From: Synechococcales cyanobacterium VAR_4_metabat_354 | Lineage (GTDB): Bacteria > Cyanobacteriota > Cyanobacteriia > Cyanobacteriales > Chamaesiphonaceae | Direction: 5' to 3' | Length of the DNA stretch: 64,000 nucleotides | NCBI GenBank assembly: GCA_031414775.1 | Contig: JANOQI010000062.1 | Location: 128,001-192,000 of the forward strand | In this document: positions 9,337 to 19,137 of the stretch, one piece after another | Layout of the letters: each line of letters opens with the position of its first letter | Numbering within the stretch: the first letter of the stretch is position 1 | Translations under genes and position numbers: made by a program | Notes under the pieces: generated by a model | What the model was told of the DNA's origin: nothing | What the model saw: only the letters and a program-made list of their open reading frames with translations | The model's database searches: none

Positions 9337-10689
9337 CTAGCGCATCGTCACGAATTCCTCAGCTGAGCTGGGGTGGATGCCTACGGTGGCATCAAAGTTA
9401 GCTTTAGTAGCGCCCATCTTGACCGCGATCGCCACCCCCTGGATAATTTCGGCGGCATGATCACCCACCATGTGGGCACCCAATACTTTGTCAGTAGCCA
9501 CTTCCACTACCAACTTCATCAAGGTTTTTTCTTGCTTGTCGGGCAACACATAGTACATAGGGCGGAACTTACTGCGATAGACCTTAATGGCATCCTCCCC
9601 ATATTGCTCTCTGGCCTCCGCTTCCATCAACCCGACCGTTGCCGCTTCCGGATGAGTAAAGATCGCAGTGGGAATATTGGTGTAAGACATTAAACGGGGT
9701 TTGTTACCATAGATTGTATCGGCAAAAGCGCGACCTTCATTAATCGCTACCGGAGTCAGCTCAATCCGATCAAGGCAATCACCAACCGCATAGATGTGCC
9801 CTTCGTTAGTGCAATTATATTCATCCGCTACGATCGCACCATTCTGAACTTTAACTTGAGTATTTTCTAACCCCAATCCATCCAAGCGAGGCTTGCGACC
9901 CAAGGCTGATAGAGCTAGGGCGTTAGCTTCTAAGATTTCTACCGAGTCACCAGTTTTTATTTTTAGCTGTATCCCCTCCGCAACTGGTTCGATCGCTATC
10001 AATTCAACAGAGTGGCGAATCTTAATACCGTGGTTAATCATCCCGGCCTGTACTTCTTCACGCAACTCTTGATCAAAGCCCCGCAAAATAAGATCACCGC
10101 GAATCACTTGAGTCACTTCGCTCCCTAGACCATTAAAGATACTGGCAAACTCTGAGCCAATATAGCCACCCCCCAAAACAATCAACTTCTTAGGTTGCTG
10201 AGGTAGAGCAAAAATCTCATCAGAAGTCAGGGCGTGCTCAATGCCTGCAATGTCGGGCTTCACTGGCTCCCCCCCCACCGCAATCAAAATTCTTTCGCCA
10301 GTATATTTTTTGTCCCCCACCGCCACGGTATGGCTATCGACAAAACTCCCCTTCCCGACGATTACTTCTACCTTGGAGTTATCCAGCATCCGCTGATAGA
10401 TGCCATTTAATCTGGCTACTTCGCCATTGACTTGGGTGACCATGCGTTGCCAGTCCAACTTACTCTCCACCGGACTCCAGCCATAGCCAGTCGCTTCGGC
10501 CATCAACCCCGGAAAATGGGAGGCATAGACCATTAATTTTTTCGGAATACAACCCCGATTAACACAGGTACCACCCAACCTGTCAAACTCAATCACAGCA
10601 ACCTTCGCTCCGTATTCAGCCGCCCGCCGCGCAGTCGCAATACCTCCAGAACCGGCACCAATCACCAACAAATCGTAGTCGTAGCTCAT
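9337..10689 (-). CDS. gor: glutathione-disulfide reductase
   Basis: GAGSGG FAD motif, GGTCVNRGCIPKK redox centre, C-terminal IHPSSAEEF. Confidence 0.96.
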   Translation of the reverse strand: MSYDYDLLVIGAGSGGIATARRAAEYGAKVAVIEFDRLGGTCVNRGCIPKKLMVYASHFPGLMAEATGYGWSPVESKLDWQRMVTQVNGEVARLNGIYQRMLDNSKVEVIVGKGSFVDSHTVAVGDKKYTGERILIAVGGEPVKPDIAGIEHALTSDEIFALPQQPKKLIVLGGGYIGSEFASIFNGLGSEVTQVIRGDLILRGFDQELREEVQAGMINHGIKIRHSVELIAIEPVAEGIQLKIKTGDSVEILEANALALSALGRKPRLDGLGLENTQVKVQNGAIVADEYNCTNEGHIYAVGDCLDRIELTPVAINEGRAFADTIYGNKPRLMSYTNIPTAIFTHPEAATVGLMEAEAREQYGEDAIKVYRSKFRPMYYVLPDKQEKTLMKLVVEVATDKVLGAHMVGDHAAEIIQGVAIAVKMGATKANFDATVGIHPSSAEEFVTMR

Positions 10690-10742
10690 AGTTACCTCTT
10701 GGGATTAATACATTGCAATGGGAGAGTTTAGAGAGCAAAGAC

Positions 10743-10778
10743 GCGCTCAATCCTCATTTATAAGTGAAGATCGAACGC
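10743..10778 (-). terminator. stem-loop between the peroxiredoxin gene and gor
   Basis: Minus strand GCGTTCGATCTTCA-N8-TGAGGATTGAGCGC pairs fully with three G-U pairs. It pairs only on the minus strand. The U tail is weak. Confidence 0.5.
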
Positions 10779-10822
10779 AATCATTGCATCACAAAATAGG
10801 CCAGTCTAAGTTTTGTTAAGAC

Positions 10823-11356
10823 TTACTTAGCACCTTTCAAGTAAGCCAGCATGGTGTTGGCATCAGAGACTTCAAACGGATCCGTGGGGCAGTTGTCGCC
10901 AAAGTCTTTTTCCATAAATACTTTTTCGACATTCATGTCATCTACTACCATCGAGTAACGCCAAGAGCGCATTCCAAAGCCTAAGTTAGACTTCTCCACC
11001 AACATCCCCATTTTGCGAGTAAATTCGCCGTTGCCATCAGGTAGCAAGAACACCTTCGATGCGCCTTGGGCTTTACCCCATTGGTACATGACAAAAGCAT
11101 CATTAACTGAAACGCAAACGACGGCATCTACGCCTTGGGCTTGAAATTCTGTGTATAGCTCTTCGTAGCGAGGCAGATGAGAAGTAGAGCAAGTTGGTGT
11201 AAAAGCACCAGGTAAAGAGAAGACCACCACCTTTTTGCCAGCAAACAAATCTTTGCTAGTGACATCTTGCCAACGGAAAGGATTGTCGCCGCCAATGGAC
11301 TCGTCGCGCACGCGCGTTTTAAAAGTTACATCAGGAACACGAGTAATTACAGTCAT
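10823..11356 (-). CDS. type II (Prx5-like) peroxiredoxin
   Basis: [10 protein letters not shown] peroxidatic motif, [15 protein letters not shown]. Confidence 0.95.
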   Translation of the reverse strand: MTVITRVPDVTFKTRVRDESIGGDNPFRWQDVTSKDLFAGKKVVVFSLPGAFTPTCSTSHLPRYEELYTEFQAQGVDAVVCVSVNDAFVMYQWGKAQGASKVFLLPDGNGEFTRKMGMLVEKSNLGFGMRSWRYSMVVDDMNVEKVFMEKDFGDNCPTDPFEVSDANTMLAYLKGAK

Positions 11357-11397
11357 CTAAAAATCTCTCTTGTGTTTTGGGGTAGGCTTAATATATC

Positions 11398-11412
11398 TCA
11401 GAATAATTCTGA
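11398..11412. promoter_or_regulatory. putative PerR/Fur operator
   Basis: Perfect 7-1-7 inverted repeat TCAGAAT-A-ATTCTGA between the divergent prx and perR genes, resembling the Per box TTATAATnATTATAA. Confidence 0.7.
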
Positions 11413-11531
11413 TTTAAGAACAAGTCAATAGTAATAAATACTTGAACACTTGAATCTTTATTACAAAGTACCTAGTTTAACTAAGGAACCTTTATAATTT
11501 TAGATATTAGTATACTTTAGCTATCAAAAAC

Positions 11532-11957
11532 ATGTCTGCTAGTACCGATGAGATCGTCTTAACTATGAAGCAGCAGGGCTTAAGAGTAACGCCCCAGCGC
11601 TTTGCGGTTTATGCTAATCTGCTCCAGCGCTTTGATCACCCCACCGCTGAGCAAATTTTAACGGAGCTGAATAGTGATGGGCCGGTGTCGTCGTTGGCGA
11701 CTGTATATAGCTCTTTGTTGGCACTGCGGACAGCTGGATTAATTAAAGAAGTCTTGTTAGAAGCCGGAGTGGGGCGTTACGATGCCAAAATTCAGCCCCA
11801 TCATCACTTGTGCTGCAATAACTGTGGTTCGATCGAAGACCTGCCTTGGCAAACCTTTGCTAATTTTGACTTAAGCCAAGTTGCATCCCAGTTTCAGACC
11901 CAGACCTACGAAGTAGTGGTGCGAGGAATTTGTCAGAGCTGTCAAAGCAACTACTAG
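11532..11957 (+). CDS. perR: Fur-family peroxide regulator
   Basis: RVTPQR, HPTAE, SLATVY, HHHLCCNNC and CQSC motifs; divergent from a peroxiredoxin. Confidence 0.85.
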   Translation: MSASTDEIVLTMKQQGLRVTPQRFAVYANLLQRFDHPTAEQILTELNSDGPVSSLATVYSSLLALRTAGLIKEVLLEAGVGRYDAKIQPHHHLCCNNCGSIEDLPWQTFANFDLSQVASQFQTQTYEVVVRGICQSCQSNY

Positions 11958-12550
11958 CTTTCTTTACTTTGTTTGGCAAGGTCACTCAGCAGCCATAAAG
12001 AGCAGAATAAGCCCACAAAGTGGGCAAAAATCGTTTGGGTATTTGCGAGAGAGACGAGGACATCGATCGGCTGCACGGCAATTTGAGCTAGAGAAGAATT
12101 ACCATAGACAGCTCCTTGGATGGCAAAAGGATTGAGAATACCAAAAGACTTTAATGTCAAACTGAAGACCAGAGTTTCTGCTCCCAGTATTCCAAAGACT
12201 AAACCGATCGCATTGATGTTGACACCGGAGCGTAACAGCTTGATGGTATCGGCCTTACTAGGTCGATTGTTGGCATCCCGGAACCGTTCGGCAGTTTTGG
12301 TGTAACGGAAAAACCAAAACAATGACACTAAGAGCACAAATAAGGAGAGAGCGGCAAACACTAACCCCCCGCCGGTGTTTCTGGTGCTGTTATGAGTGGT
12401 AGTCCAGCCGATCGAGATCAATAGCAAAAATCCAGAAACAGCAGCTGGAATTAGCTGTACCAGGAACCCAAAACGGCCAATACGCTGAAGATTGGTAGCA
12501 ATTTCTTTGATTTTGACAGGATTTGAAACATTGTTAGGAGTGTCGTTCAT
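11954..12550 (-). CDS. DUF3611-like membrane protein
   Basis: Four hydrophobic segments, G..GF.VQL and AHFVGLFCSLWLL. Start taken at ATG 12550 (MNDTP). Confidence 0.7.
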   Translation of the reverse strand: MNDTPNNVSNPVKIKEIATNLQRIGRFGFLVQLIPAAVSGFLLLISIGWTTTHNSTRNTGGGLVFAALSLFVLLVSLFWFFRYTKTAERFRDANNRPSKADTIKLLRSGVNINAIGLVFGILGAETLVFSLTLKSFGILNPFAIQGAVYGNSSLAQIAVQPIDVLVSLANTQTIFAHFVGLFCSLWLLSDLAKQSKES

Positions 12551-12825
12551 AAAATTTTTAGTAAATTGACAAAAAAGTATATATAGAAATTCTCCAATAG
12601 GAAGGATAATCGAGCTACCCTTGAAATAGAGTATCAACTAACTCGGTCAAAAATATTCAACTTCGATCGATTCATTGCGATCAGTTCATCATCCATAAAA
12701 TAGTTTGAGTGACGGGATACATTGAAGAAATTGCAATGTTCTGTCCAGTTAAGTGTGAGGTCACCGGATCGAGATGAGATCTTCCCGGGTTAAGTACTCT
12801 TAAAGCATTATATGTGGTCAAGCCT

Positions 12826-13194
12826 ATGAAATTTGATGATATTTACCGTTTCTTTAGAAATCCACCACCACTTTACCTAAATCAAGAATTAGCAGTCTGC
12901 TATATCTTGGCGATACTAATGGATGGGGACTCGTATGGAACTGAACTAATTTCACGGCTAGAAAAAGGCTCTGAAACTTTCCGCCTTTCTGACACTGTGC
13001 TATACAGTGCTATCAAGTTTTTGGAGGGATCAGGGATGATTTCTGGTTACTGGAAAAAGGTCGAAGGTCGAGGTCGTCCTCGCCGGATGTACCGAATTCA
13101 CCCCGATTGGGAAGAGAAAGCGCGCGAATTCGCGAGCTTCTGGAGTAACTATAGCCAATCCGGAAAAAAACAACTGACCCTAATCATGAGCTAG
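12826..13194 (+). CDS. pex: circadian period-extender Pex (PadR-family wHTH)
   Basis: MKFDDIYRFFRNPPPLYLNQELAVCYIL, SYGTELI, RLSDTVLYSAIKFL, GRGRPRRMY. Start taken at ATG 12826. Confidence 0.88.
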   Translation: MKFDDIYRFFRNPPPLYLNQELAVCYILAILMDGDSYGTELISRLEKGSETFRLSDTVLYSAIKFLEGSGMISGYWKKVEGRGRPRRMYRIHPDWEEKAREFASFWSNYSQSGKKQLTLIMS

Positions 13195-13218
13195 TTGCTG
13201 GCAATGACAATAATCAAT

Positions 13219-13253
13219 CAGCAGAGAGCAAAATCAAATTTTGCTCTCTGCTG
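13219..13253. terminator. 16-bp perfect stem-loop after pex
   Basis: CAGCAGAGAGCAAAAT-CAA-ATTTTGCTCTCTGCTG. Confidence 0.7.
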
Positions 13254-13285
13254 CTCTTGTGATAATATGAGTTGCTGTCGGAAAT

Positions 13286-13356
13286 GCGAGCATAGTTTAG
13301 TGGTAAAACTATAGCCTTCCAAGCTATTGATGTGGGTTCGATTCCCACTGCTCGCT
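13286..13356 (+). tRNA. tRNA-Gly (TCC); CCA not encoded
   Basis: Cloverleaf: GCGAGCA/TGCTCGC acceptor stem, ATAGC-CTTCCAA-GCTAT anticodon arm, GTGGG-TTCGATT-CCCAC T arm. Confidence 0.96.
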
Positions 13357-13368
13357 TAAGTTTTGTAT

Positions 13369-13782
13369 TTAATCCGTTATGTTTCCTCGCAGCGCTTTTA
13401 CTTGGCTGCGCTTTGTTTTGCTATCCATGCGTTTGCGTTGGGCGCTACGTGATGGTTTGGTGGCTTTGCGTTTAGGGGCAGTAATGGTAACTTTGAGAAT
13501 AATTTCTTGGAGTCTTTTTAGTGCATCGGCCTTATTCTGTTCTTGAGTGCGGTGTTGTTGGGCTTTGATAATAATTACCCCCTCTTTAGTAATCCGTCGA
13601 TCGCTTAAATTAAGCAAGCGTTCTTTGTAAAGGGGTGAGAGGGAAGCGGCGTTGATGTCGAAACGTAAATGAATAGCCGTAGCAACTTTGTTAACATTTT
13701 GGCCACCAGCACCTTGCGATCGAATAGCACTAATTTCGATTTCGCTGAGCGGAATGGTAGTTCGGTTAGTAATTTGCAGCAT
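13369..13782 (-). CDS. arfB: alternative ribosome rescue peptidyl-tRNA hydrolase
   Basis: RSQGAGGQNVNK (GGQ) motif and basic C-terminal tail. Confidence 0.95.
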   Translation of the reverse strand: MLQITNRTTIPLSEIEISAIRSQGAGGQNVNKVATAIHLRFDINAASLSPLYKERLLNLSDRRITKEGVIIIKAQQHRTQEQNKADALKRLQEIILKVTITAPKRKATKPSRSAQRKRMDSKTKRSQVKALRGNITD

Positions 13783-13811
13783 GGAAACGTTTTTGTGTTG
13801 ACATAGAAAAA

Positions 13812-14717
13812 TTATGATTGGGCCAAAACAACCTTTGGCCAGAGCTGTTGACTTTCATTAACAATCCCGATTCCCACCACTACCGCTAATTCTGTTGTAA
13901 CGCAAATTGGTACGGCGATCGGTAACTCTGGTGGCATTGGTAGATTTGATGGCAATAAAATCGCCCGACCTTGAAACCAGTCCACCAATTCTTGCTCATT
14001 CAAATTTATCCTCGGTAAATGGGGCAGCGCTGCTAAAGGGGCGGTCGGCTGAAAATCGGTGGCTTGTTCTAAATTGGTGAGGCTAATACTGTGAGCTAGC
14101 TCTAAATTACAGCTTTTAGTCCGAATCAAATTCGCTAAAGTAGCCACGGTGCCGACGGCTATCCCCAAATCACGGGCGATCGATCGAATGTAAGTACCAC
14201 CACCACAGGCAATATCTACTGTCAATTCTGGAAATTCTCCTGGTTGCCAATGGTGCAGATCGATCGACTGAATCTGCACCTGCCGCGCTGGGACTTCTAC
14301 CGTTTCACCGGCTCTTGCCAGCTTGTATAAGCGCTGACCATTGACTTGAATGGCACTGTACATCGGTGGAATTTGGGTAATTTCACCAATAAAACTGGGG
14401 ATAGCCTGTTCGATCGTCCCCAATTGCAAGTCGGGTGCCCCCGGCTTGGCTAAAATCTCGCCTTCCAAATCATCAGTAGTCGTGTTCAGGCCAAATCGAA
14501 TTACTGCTCGGTAAGCTTTGTTATTAGGCAAGTAGGGTAGCAATCGCGTAGCTTTACCAATAGCGATCGGTAATACCCCCGTAGCTAATGGATCGAGCGT
14601 GCCACCATGACCAACCTTTTTGGTTCGTAAAATCCGCCGCACCCTAGCAACACAATCGTGGGAAGTAAGTCCGGCTGGCTTATTAAGATTGAGAAAACCA
14701 TCCATTGATTCAACCAA
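13812..14717 (-). CDS. truB: tRNA pseudouridine(55) synthase
   Basis: LNKPAGLTSHD, GHGGTLDPLATG, PPMYSA, GTYIRS. Confidence 0.97.
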   Translation of the reverse strand: MVESMDGFLNLNKPAGLTSHDCVARVRRILRTKKVGHGGTLDPLATGVLPIAIGKATRLLPYLPNNKAYRAVIRFGLNTTTDDLEGEILAKPGAPDLQLGTIEQAIPSFIGEITQIPPMYSAIQVNGQRLYKLARAGETVEVPARQVQIQSIDLHHWQPGEFPELTVDIACGGGTYIRSIARDLGIAVGTVATLANLIRTKSCNLELAHSISLTNLEQATDFQPTAPLAALPHLPRINLNEQELVDWFQGRAILLPSNLPMPPELPIAVPICVTTELAVVVGIGIVNESQQLWPKVVLAQS

Positions 14718-14862
14718 GAATTTACGGCAATGTGGGTAATGATCCCCACTGATCCCACATCATACGATTTGTATCGTCATCAGCGGAAATGAGCACGAAT
14801 ATTAAGATAATATAAAGCCAGACCTCAGCCAGAGAAGTTTTCCTACAAGGAAAAATATTGCC

Positions 14863-16446
14863 ATGTCGATCGGTTATGTCGCTTTAGTTCTCCACGCCCA
14901 TTTGCCCTTTGTTCGCCATCCTGAAAGCGACTTTGTATTAGAAGAAGAATGGCTCTATGAAGCAATTACTGAAACCTATATTCCCCTATTAAGAGTCTTT
15001 CAAGGGCTGAAGCGGGATGGCGTGAATTTCAAGCTGACCATGAGCATGACTCCACCATTGGTGTCCATGCTCCGCGATCCGTTGCTGCAAGGACGTTACG
15101 AAGAACATTTGGCCAAGCTGGAAGAGCTGCTTGTTAAAGAAATTGCTAACAACGATCACAATGGTCATATCAAATACCTAGCAGAGTACTACGCCACCGA
15201 CTTTGAGGATATTCGGCGGGTATGGGACTCCTATGGTGGTGACTTAACCCGAGGATTTAAAGAATTTTTAGATAGCGGCAACCTAGAAATTATCACCTGC
15301 GGTGCCACCCATGGCTATCTACCGCTGATGAAAATGCATCCGCAAGCAGTTTGGTCACAAATTAAAGTGGCCTGTGAACACTACGAGGAAACTTTTGGCC
15401 GTGCGCCCAAAGGGATCTGGCTGCCCGAATGTGCTTACTACGAAGGGCTAGAAAGAATGCTGGCCGATGCTGGGTTGCGGTACTTTCTCACCGATGGACA
15501 TGGGATTCTCTACGCTCGTCCCCGTCCGCGTTTTGGCACCTACGCACCGATCTTCACCGAAACTGGGGTGGCGGCTTTTGGCCGCGATCATGAATCTTCC
15601 CAGCAAGTTTGGTCATCTAAAGTTGGCTATCCTGGTGCACCCGAATATCGCGAATTCTATAAAGATTTGGGTTGGGAAGCTGACTACGAATACATCAAGC
15701 CGTACATTATGCCCAACGGCCAGCGCAAGAATATTGGGATTAAATATCACAAAATTACTTCCAAAACTGGCCACGAAAAGGCGCTGTACGATCCTTACTG
15801 GGCAAGGAAAAAAGCGGCTGATCATGCTGAAGATTTCATGCTCAATCGTCAGCGCCAAGCTGGTGACTTAGCAAATATGATGAATCGACCACCACTGATT
15901 GTGTCGCCCTATGATGCCGAGCTGTTTGGACATTGGTGGTATGAAGGTCCGTGGTTTATTGACTACTTATTCCGCAAATCTTGGTTTGATCAAAATACCT
16001 TTGAGATGACTCACCTGGCAGAATATCTACAGAATAATCCTGCTCAGCAGGTCTGTCGTCCATCCCAATCTAGTTGGGGGTATAAGGGTTTCCATGAATA
16101 TTGGCTAAATGATAAAAACCAATGGGTTTATCCGCATCTACATAAGGCGGCTGAACGGATGATAGAGTTGGCGGAACGAGAACCAGCAGATGAGTTGGAG
16201 TGGCGAGCGCTGAATCAAGCGGCGCGAGAAGTGTTGTTGCTTCAGTCTTCTGATTGGGCTTTTATTATGCGTACCGGTACAATGGTGCCCTATGCGGTGC
16301 GGCGCACTAAGTCTCACTTGCTGCGTTTCTTGAAGCTTTATGATGATATTAAGGCTGAGAAAATTGATAGTGGTTGGCTGGGTAAAATTGAGGAAATGGA
16401 TAATATCTTCCCTAATATTAATTACCGTACCTATCGATCGATCTAG
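14863..16446 (+). CDS. glycoside hydrolase family 57 (DUF1957) glucan branching enzyme-like protein
   Basis: HAHLPFV, ETYIPL, GIWLPEC, PYDAELFGHWW, LQSSDW. Confidence 0.92.
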   Translation: MSIGYVALVLHAHLPFVRHPESDFVLEEEWLYEAITETYIPLLRVFQGLKRDGVNFKLTMSMTPPLVSMLRDPLLQGRYEEHLAKLEELLVKEIANNDHNGHIKYLAEYYATDFEDIRRVWDSYGGDLTRGFKEFLDSGNLEIITCGATHGYLPLMKMHPQAVWSQIKVACEHYEETFGRAPKGIWLPECAYYEGLERMLADAGLRYFLTDGHGILYARPRPRFGTYAPIFTETGVAAFGRDHESSQQVWSSKVGYPGAPEYREFYKDLGWEADYEYIKPYIMPNGQRKNIGIKYHKITSKTGHEKALYDPYWARKKAADHAEDFMLNRQRQAGDLANMMNRPPLIVSPYDAELFGHWWYEGPWFIDYLFRKSWFDQNTFEMTHLAEYLQNNPAQQVCRPSQSSWGYKGFHEYWLNDKNQWVYPHLHKAAERMIELAEREPADELEWRALNQAAREVLLLQSSDWAFIMRTGTMVPYAVRRTKSHLLRFLKLYDDIKAEKIDSGWLGKIEEMDNIFPNINYRTYRSI

Positions 16447-16624
16447 TCCGGTTTTAATTCCCAAATGTTTTTCAAGGGAACTTGCTCTTGTAGCATTTTC
16501 AGTGCAATTTCTTTTTGGGCGCGATTAAAACCAATTTTCTCGCTGACTTTTTGGTTAAAAACGACTAAACAGAACGGTTCTCGGTGACATAATAGAGCAT
16601 AGGACTTTTTGGAGAATATCATCA

Positions 16625-17173
16625 ATGGTTCGGCCAATTACCTTAGTAGAGTTCCTGGATATACCAGAGACTAAGCCAGCTAGTGAGTATATTGATGGTC
16701 GAATCATCCAAAAATCCATGCCTCAAGGTCAGCACAGCATAATTCAGCGACAGTTATTATTTGCAATTGATCCTATTCTCAACAATCAAGGTATTGCCCA
16801 AGCTTTTCCAGAACTTCGTTGTAATTTTGCAGATCGTTCGATCGTTCCTGACGTAGCAGTGTTTGAGAGTTCTAGAATCCCGGTTAATGAGCAAGGTGAT
16901 GTGGAAAATGTGTTTGAGATTGCGCCGGATTGGACAATCGAAATCCTTTCTCCAGGGCAAAGTACTACTAAGGTTTTGAAGAATATTAAGTATTGCCTAG
17001 CTCATGGTACTCAGATGGGCTGGTTGATTGACCCCGAAGATCGATCGGTGATAGTTATTGGTCAAATGTTTGATGCGATCGATGAACCAAATGTTATTTT
17101 GCCAGTACCAGAATTTGCTAAGTCGATTCAGCTAACTGTATCGGATATATTTGGCTGGCTTCAGAAAAAATGA
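16625..17173 (+). CDS. Uma2-family (PD-(D/E)xK) endonuclease
   Basis: PETKPASEYIDG, SIVPDVAV, APDWTIEILSP, GWLIDP. Confidence 0.93.
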   Translation: MVRPITLVEFLDIPETKPASEYIDGRIIQKSMPQGQHSIIQRQLLFAIDPILNNQGIAQAFPELRCNFADRSIVPDVAVFESSRIPVNEQGDVENVFEIAPDWTIEILSPGQSTTKVLKNIKYCLAHGTQMGWLIDPEDRSVIVIGQMFDAIDEPNVILPVPEFAKSIQLTVSDIFGWLQKK

Positions 17174-17188
17174 TAAACCTTTTTTTCG

Positions 17189-17674
17189 TTAGCTTTTAGG
17201 TAGTTGGTGATAGCTTTGCAAATCGCTATCTAGCGACCAAATTAATATTTCACTCATTGGAAATTGTTTGCATGATTTATGAAATTCTTCAATAATACTC
17301 AAATCGCCAAAACTGGTGCCTTCTTGTCTATCAGGAGCTTTGTTGCTCCCTGCACAATCAGGGAAATTTTTTATCCATAATAGTAAATCTTCCTTCAGCC
17401 AGAATGCTGTAGGTCGCCAAGGTGCTTCTCCTGCAAACGATGCCATAATTTGTTCAACAAAATGTTGAGCTGTTTTGCGACGAACTCTACCATCACCATT
17501 TTGAGCGATATGATTGCCGGTCTCAATAATGGTAGCCATTGGTAAATAAAAAGTACATTTTGATTCAGTGTAAACATCAAAATCCTGTCTTACCGATTCT
17601 ACATTCTGATTGCAGTTAGGAACATCCAGTAGATTCAGAAACACACTAGTATCAATAATATAGATACTAGTCAT
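17189..17674 (-). CDS. PIN-domain-like putative ribonuclease
   Basis: PIN acidic pattern: IIDTSVF near the N-terminus, IIETGNH, SFGDLSI, WSLDSDL. Overlaps the upstream ATPase by 8 nt. Confidence 0.65.
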   Translation of the reverse strand: MTSIYIIDTSVFLNLLDVPNCNQNVESVRQDFDVYTESKCTFYLPMATIIETGNHIAQNGDGRVRRKTAQHFVEQIMASFAGEAPWRPTAFWLKEDLLLWIKNFPDCAGSNKAPDRQEGTSFGDLSIIEEFHKSCKQFPMSEILIWSLDSDLQSYHQLPKS

Positions 17675-19109
17675 TACTATATTCCCGTAAGCGAGCTAGC
17701 CATTCTTTTGCTTTTCGTTTTTTTTCTTCCGGTGTATTTGGAAACTTTGCAAATCTATCAACGATCCCATTTGTTACTAATTGTCCAAGTGGTCCTTGGA
17801 CAATTAGGTCAGGAAATTCATCCATATCGCCAAGTTTAACCAGACGACTATCGCCTTGCTCGGGGTCGCGATAGCAAAATACTACGTCACCTAGAGCTTC
17901 ATCGGGCAGGGCATCCATTAATGCTGGATTGTGGGTAGAGAGTAGTACGCGTAACTTTCGTTTTTCGGCGATATCTCGAATGTTGGCTAATAGATGCTTG
18001 GCACGGCTGGGATGAACGCCGTTATCAATTTCTTCGATGACTACTAGGCTGCCGGCGGTGGCTGAAAGCATGGCGGCAGCGATCGCTAATACCCGCAAAG
18101 TGCCATCAGATAACAGAGCTGCTTCACAATATCGTTGGGTATTTCCAAAAGTTTCTGAAAGCCTGACCATTACTTCATCTCGGGGACCAATCAGAAAATC
18201 CAGGCCATCGATTTCCTGTTCTGGCAAACTTTGGATGAAGTTCAGGATTAATTGTTTATTGTCTGGCTGATTTTCCCATAAGTGAAATAGTACACTAGAC
18301 AGATTGCTACCATTTTCTAGTAATTGTTGATAGTCAAATTTTTGACTGTAATTTCGCATGTTAGCAGGAATAAAATCGAAGAATAGGATATTCTGTAATA
18401 CCATCTGATATTCGTGGGTAACTTTTTTAACTACATCTTGATTTTCTTTGAATTCATCATTAATTAATTGGCGACTTTCACTAATATCGAGAGTTACTGG
18501 TGGAATGAATTTTGCATCTTGGTAAACCTGTGGAATATCTAATTGAACGAATATAGCTTTTTGGTTATCACATTCAAAAAAATAGCCATGCTCAAGTTTA
18601 GTTAATGTATCGAAACGCACTATGATTGCATCTAGCGATGCTGCTCCAATTAGTCTAGCTGATGAAGGGTTAGTATCCGTCACATATAGCGATAAGTTGT
18701 CTAAATTAATAATATGTTCAGAAGTAATCTTCATTTCTCCTTTTGACACACTGATGTTTATATCAAGTTGATTCCATTCTGTTGAATTTAAACGGCACCC
18801 AAGAGTAAAGTTTGATTCGCCATAATGGCATAAGTCATTGATGCGACCACGAATTACCTGCTCCGAATCCGCACTATTCACCGCATACTGAATACTCGAA
18901 AGTTTTTGCCCTTGAGCTAGCCAAGAAAGAAAGCGCAAACCTTCAATAATATTACTTTTGCCCGAAGCATTCGCTCCGATTAAAACAGTCAAAGATCCCA
19001 ACGGTAATCGACTATTTTTATAACTTTTGAAATTGGAAAGGGTAAATTCGGTCAGCATGGCGCTCATTCTATAAATCTCGCTGGAATGCTCGATGTTCAG
19101 AGTATTCAT
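17667..19109 (-). CDS. ABC-type (AAA_21/OLD-like) ATPase; likely start 19058 or 19067
   Basis: LSNFKSY, Walker A GANASGKS, signature LSDGT, Walker B/D-loop VVIEEIDNGVHP, H-loop STHNP; no TM segments. Confidence 0.9.
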   Translation of the reverse strand: MNTLNIEHSSEIYRMSAMLTEFTLSNFKSYKNSRLPLGSLTVLIGANASGKSNIIEGLRFLSWLAQGQKLSSIQYAVNSADSEQVIRGRINDLCHYGESNFTLGCRLNSTEWNQLDINISVSKGEMKITSEHIINLDNLSLYVTDTNPSSARLIGAASLDAIIVRFDTLTKLEHGYFFECDNQKAIFVQLDIPQVYQDAKFIPPVTLDISESRQLINDEFKENQDVVKKVTHEYQMVLQNILFFDFIPANMRNYSQKFDYQQLLENGSNLSSVLFHLWENQPDNKQLILNFIQSLPEQEIDGLDFLIGPRDEVMVRLSETFGNTQRYCEAALLSDGTLRVLAIAAAMLSATAGSLVVIEEIDNGVHPSRAKHLLANIRDIAEKRKLRVLLSTHNPALMDALPDEALGDVVFCYRDPEQGDSRLVKLGDMDEFPDLIVQGPLGQLVTNGIVDRFAKFPNTPEEKKRKAKEWLARLREYSND

Positions 19110-19137
19110 TCTAATCCCAACCAGATAAACAGGGAAT

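Noticed and set aside
13286..13356. tRNA-Gly (and tRNA-fMet at 49495-49571) as island integration sites
   Set aside because: No duplicated 3' ends or integrase genes seen; flanks are housekeeping
14731..14760. TGTGGGT..CCCACTG resembling the T arm of the tRNA-Gly at 13331-13350 (possible att duplication or TruB substrate mimic)
   Set aside because: Only two 7-nt blocks match and the loop differs. The enclosed arfB and truB are ordinary chromosomal genes, there is no integrase, and the match is on the strand opposite truB.
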